From the NCBI GenBank assembly GCA_020536535.1, contig JAHLWZ010000277.1:62001-126000 (forward strand): a stretch of DNA of 64,000 nt. The letters are read 5' to 3'. Positions 59,826 to 64,000 of this stretch are shown here, in pieces (within the stretch, counting starts at the first letter, position 1; the number at the start of each line of letters is the position of its first letter). This DNA comes from Pelomyxa schiedti (lineage: Eukaryota; Protista; Evosea). Both the position numbers and the translations under genes were made by a program. Below the pieces are notes generated by a model. That model did no database searches. It was not told the DNA's origin and saw only the letters and a program-made list of their open reading frames with translations.

Positions 59826-61470
59826 TTAGACACCAAAGGTGTTAAGTACGTCCAGCATTTGTGTGTACCAGGTTCCATCCATGGAGAACACAAAATCAGC
59901 TGTACGGGAAAAAATTAGTGCTGTGGAAGGAAGTGGGCTAAAATTGGGTGTACCATGGTTCCACATGGGAATTTCAGTGGGCGGTATAACATACTCTACA
60001 CCAGAAAGGGACGGAATAAGGGAGTTGACAATATCATAGGCAGTGACAAGAGTATCATGGCCTCCATAATACAACGCCATCTTGTTCTTTATATTCCACA
60101 AGGGGATAAGTGGTGGCTCGGGGTCCCCGTAGTGCTGAATGTTCGTAGCATTCTGGCAGAAATGTGAGTATTGAAAAAGTCACAAAAGTACGTGTACATC
60201 GTTGTAATCATAATAAGCAAAGAGATTTGTAGCCATGGCTTCAAAGCCATGTTGCAGATTTCGTGTAGATGTGCTGTCTGTCAGCTCCAAATAAACTGGC
60301 ATACGAGTAGCATTACAGTTGCTCATATCCCAACCCATTATCACCTAAAGAATTTTTGGGACCAGCCTATGTAAGGACAAGGAATGTATACCTCCATAGT
60401 CATAGCACAGACCTCAGGGTAAGATACGCAAAAATCAGATAACAATATTTCTGCAACTAGTTAACGAACTTAACAGGAAACATAAAGTTCACCTTCAAGC
60501 TTATTTAGGCCCTTCATGTGCCATATGTTATGATCATATAACCAATTCCCCAGGTCCAATTTAAGGCCAATGACAGCAGGTAAACTTGTTGTGTGACCCA
60601 CATAAACCGCCGGAGCTGGAAAGAGAGGCAATTAGTTCCACGATTTCCACTAGTAAGCTATCCATACCTAAAGCCATATAGAATCCCACCTTCGCTGCAT
60701 AATCCGGAAGTGTGCTGAGAGCAACCAAAGAATTGGCGCAGCCTTCACTGTGACATACAACAGTAAGTTGGTCATGCCCTGTGTAATCGAGCACGTAATC
60801 AATCATAGCTGGAACATCATACGTTCCCATTTCAGGCCAGCTAGAGACCCAATAATGAATGCTAGAAATTAATTGAGGGTCGAAACCTCCACTCCCAGAA
60901 TTTTTCTTCATCGGCAGTGTAATTCGCATTATAGTAGGAATACACAGTTCCCCTGAAATTTGCCAACCAGACGTCCCAACCCGCGTCATGAAGCATGAAA
61001 GCTAGGTCCTGCCAGTAACAAGTTAAGCAAAGGGACGAGCAGAACAGAAGAGACAAACATTAAAAGGAAAGTTAGCGACCCAGCAGCCGGCGTTGGTGAA
61101 CACGCCATGCATCATGAGAACAGCACGAGCTCCAATTTTAGTGGGTGGGATTCGCTGCATGCCGATTTGAAAATTATCAGCAGTCCACGTGTTATGCATC
61201 TCTGCTGGGTAGCTACAGTATTGTAAGAATTACCTTACTTAATAACACAGAACACAAAAACAAACAAGCAGCCTGGGTGACAGGCTGAAAAAAAACCATA
61301 ATCGACCCATGAGTTTGAAGAAACACTTACCCTTGTCCTACAATTAAATCAGTGGCAGTTAATAACGGTTGTGCGCCACATTTCAGCCATCCGGCACCAC
61401 AAGTCCACAGAATGGCAACGTTGAGCAACTTGCGTAGTACTGACTTGCAATCTTGCAATGATGACACCAT
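59826..61470 (-). CDS. Lysosomal acid/gastric lipase-family alpha/beta hydrolase, multi-exon
   Basis: GYPAEMH..TADNFQIGMQRIP, VLMMHG, LAFMLHDAGWDVWLANFRG, EMGTYDVPAMIDYVL, CHSEG, YGGHDTL, WNHADF. Confidence 0.92.
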
Positions 61471-61890
61471 CTCTTTCACTCTATGTTTGTGGTAACAAGC
61501 TCACGGGTTTTTTTTTTGTTGTGACTGTTTTGTGGCTTTTTGCTTTAGCTTTAAATGGGGGGGAAATGCCGATTGAATTTTACGAAGAAGTTACAAGTTC
61601 CGTTACGGGATTGCCCCAATCGGCAACATCACTTTGTTCACAAAGGTACCAAATCTTTGCTGGGAGATACGTTGCGGTAGCAAGCAAGCCTCTTGAGCTC
61701 ACTCCTCCTTAGATTAGAGTTTCAAGTGGACTCCTCACTGCAAAGCTGCAGGTATAATCGACCTCAACTCAACAACGAAAGGAACGGGCTTTTGATTGCG
61801 GGGAAAACAACTTCATCAACGAAAAGTACGATTTAAAAGATTTTCCCCGTGTGTGGTTTTTTCCAGTGACTTCTCGGAATCCCCAATGAG

Positions 61891-62225
61891 CTATTCTTCA
61901 TTGGCGCTAGACCACTTCGGGGAATGCATCCACTTCGGGGAGTGCATCTGCCTGGTGGCGGCCTTGTTGGCCCACTTTGGGGAATGCATCCACTTCGGGG
62001 AGTGCATCTGCCTGGTGGCGGCCTTGCTGACCCACTTGGGTGAATGCATCCACTTTGGGGAATGCATCCACTTAGGGGAGTGCATCTGCCTAGTGGCCAT
62101 TGGACTTGCCTGACGAGAAGCATCAACCTCCTGCACAGTATTACCAGACAAATAAAAGGAGTTAACTGTACCAAAATAATGCAGCAAATAAGCACTACAA
62201 GGAACAGAATATATAGTGGCGACAT
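61891..62225 (-). CDS. Small secreted repeat-peptide precursor (97 aa; seven MHSPKW cores), two exons
   Basis: Exon 62225-62172, 41-nt GT-AG intron 62171-62131, exon 62130-61891. Product: MSPLYILFLVVLICCIILEVDASRQASPMATRQ(MHSPKW)3VSKAATRQ(MHSPKW)2ANKAATRQ(MHSPKW)2SSANEE. The cores vary only at third codon positions. Confidence 0.8.
61912..62097. repeat. Nested tandem repeat: 18-bp units inside a ~60-bp higher-order unit (three copies)
   Basis: ccacttNggggaRtgcat-like unit seven times, separated by ctgcctggtggcggcctt spacers. Confidence 0.95.
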
Positions 62226-62745
62226 AGCTGTCAGTATTCGGTTTGTTGTTCGCTTGTTTCTTTCTTGTTTTGTCGTGGTTTTTCCGATCATCTATATAAG
62301 CACGAGATGTGCAACTGCGCACTGGAAAAAAGCTGATAAAAACGCCAGAAACCCGGCCCCAAAACAGACGTTTTTTTTTTCTCGAGAAGAGTGAAGATCG
62401 GGTGGATATAACGATTATTAATCAAAAACCCCATCTGCTCCGAGAGTCTCGGAGAATCTGCTCTTTCGGCTAATTCTACTGAGAAGTCGAAAGAAATGGC
62501 TGAGCGACGATAACGAAAATGACGGCGTTCCGGTCTGTTGATTATTTTATTCAGCCATTAATGGCTGCATCAACACCCGAACTTTTACCGTCGTCGCAGG
62601 ATAGGTCTGGCGTTTTTTTTCTTCTGCCATATGTTTGGGCCAAACAACCTCCAGTAACAAGCTTTTCTTCGTCGGTAGGTTAGTGTGTTGGGGCTGCAGA
62701 AATAAGCCTCTCGACCTTCTGCGTAACACCTTTCACATAATCAAA

Positions 62746-64000
62746 ATGGATATTGACGTTCGCCCGACACCAGCACAACTCCTCGACGCAATCGAGCAGT
62801 GCCTCGCGTCGGGCGGGGGCCCCCCCGGTGTCGACGACGATTTCCTCAACGACTGCGACGACGACGACGCCGCCGCGGCCGCCTCGGACGCGGTGAACTG
62901 CGCCTCCGCGCCCCCGTGCGCCACCCCCGCCGCTCTGCCCTACGCCTCCGCCTCCGCCTCCGCGTCTTCTGCTTCTTCTTCCGCCTCCTCCGCCCCCACA
63001 TGCGGCGCCCGCTCCAAGTCCGCCGCGGGACCCCAGGGCCTCTCCTCCCCCTCACACGCATCGCCTTCGGCGTCTTCTGCTTCCTGGGGTAATTATGGGA
63101 CGCCGGGTGGTGGTGGTGTTTCGGGGGGGAGCGGGGCTGCGGACACTGAAACGAACCAAATGACAATTTTGGCTGAATTGATTTTGGCGTGCCCTCCGGA
63201 ATCATGCTGGCGAGCTTTTTTCTATGGTCCGGGGTGGATTTGTTTTATTTGCTATAGCTGTGTGTCGAGTTCCTTTCATTTACTCCCATCCCATGTACAG
63301 ACGATGAAGCACTCCAGGCAGTTCTCACGGCGAATGAGGCACAAACCACTGCACTGGCACTGTCAATAGTGGAGTCTATACCGCTGCCTTCCCTTGTGGA
63401 ATTGTAAGCCAGTACATCACAGGAGGGGAACTGGGTGGTAATATACTAATCAAAAGGAAGATTACGCGTTTGTACACCAATACTGTTTGAGAGGTTAATC
63501 AAGAGTTATGTGGACATGCAAATCAAAGATAGCAATCAATCACTCGGTAATATAGTCACAGCAGATGCAACTGGTACCCTTATACCACGATTTTCTTGTT
63601 TTATGCAGGTTCAATGCACCCAAGTCCACATAGTTTTCCTAACTTCAAAAGCCATTAAGTAAAAACTCCAAGTTTTTCTTGACATTACTGTGTATAATAT
63701 CATCATACTGGAATGCAAAATCTTCCCCAGACTCAATTACCACACTAGACGTTATTACCTGTGACATTATTCCATTTGTAATTGCAGTCAGTATATACCC
63801 CTCACATTATAAATCTAAACCTGATCTGTACCAGGTTCCTGAAAGATATTCAGATATGCATTGGCTGGTGACCAAAATTACAGCTGATGCCTCTACTGTA
63901 CTTGTAAATGACTCTCTAACCAACACCGCAACCTCAACTTCAAGCTCCTCCACTGCCACATCCCCGCCTTCCACCCAGCGGGAGCTAGTATGCATAGCAA
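62746..64000 (+). CDS. Hypothetical protein, 5' part, multi-exon
   Basis: ATG in aaaATGg context, GC-rich first exon (MDIDVRPTPAQLLDAIEQCL..., A/S-rich), further GT-AG-bounded open segments to the window end. No recognised domain. Confidence 0.6.

Noticed and set aside
61912-62097. CRISPR-like or non-coding minisatellite, or the + strand ORF (HFGECI repeats)
   Set aside because: There are no unique spacers. Variation is purely synonymous in the minus MHSPKW frame but changes F/L in the plus frame.

Overview
Gene-dense eukaryotic nuclear DNA with about 25 protein-coding genes, many short (mostly ~35-60 nt) GT-AG introns, a few GC-AG introns and very short intergenic spacers. The gene families (Roco, DH-PH-FYVE, VIT-vWA, degenerate ankyrin-like repeat protein, centriole genes CEP57 and TEDC1) suggest a flagellated amoebozoan such as an archamoeba; this is inference and was not checked. 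I found no rRNA, tRNA, CRISPR array or intact transposon. Two candidates for an undescribed system stand out. (1) At 33993-42050 a single gene of roughly 2,550 aa fuses a Q/P-rich tail, RRMs, an intact DEAH helicase, RING1, five tandem IBR fingers with no RING2, a PARP-type ADP-ribosyltransferase and two WWE domains, a possible one-protein RNA-sensing, ubiquitin and ADP-ribose defence module. (2) At 61891-62225 a two-exon gene that the ORF track does not assemble encodes a 97-aa secreted precursor with seven identical MHSPKW cores that differ only at synonymous sites. Other oddities are a DNAI3/WDR63 relic without WD40 repeats, a polyubiquitin with two aberrant units, a Roco double pseudoenzyme, a bacterial-type secreted protein with introns, and TEDC1 apparently starting at ACG. 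Gene models were assembled by eye and family assignments come from recalled motifs, not database searches.
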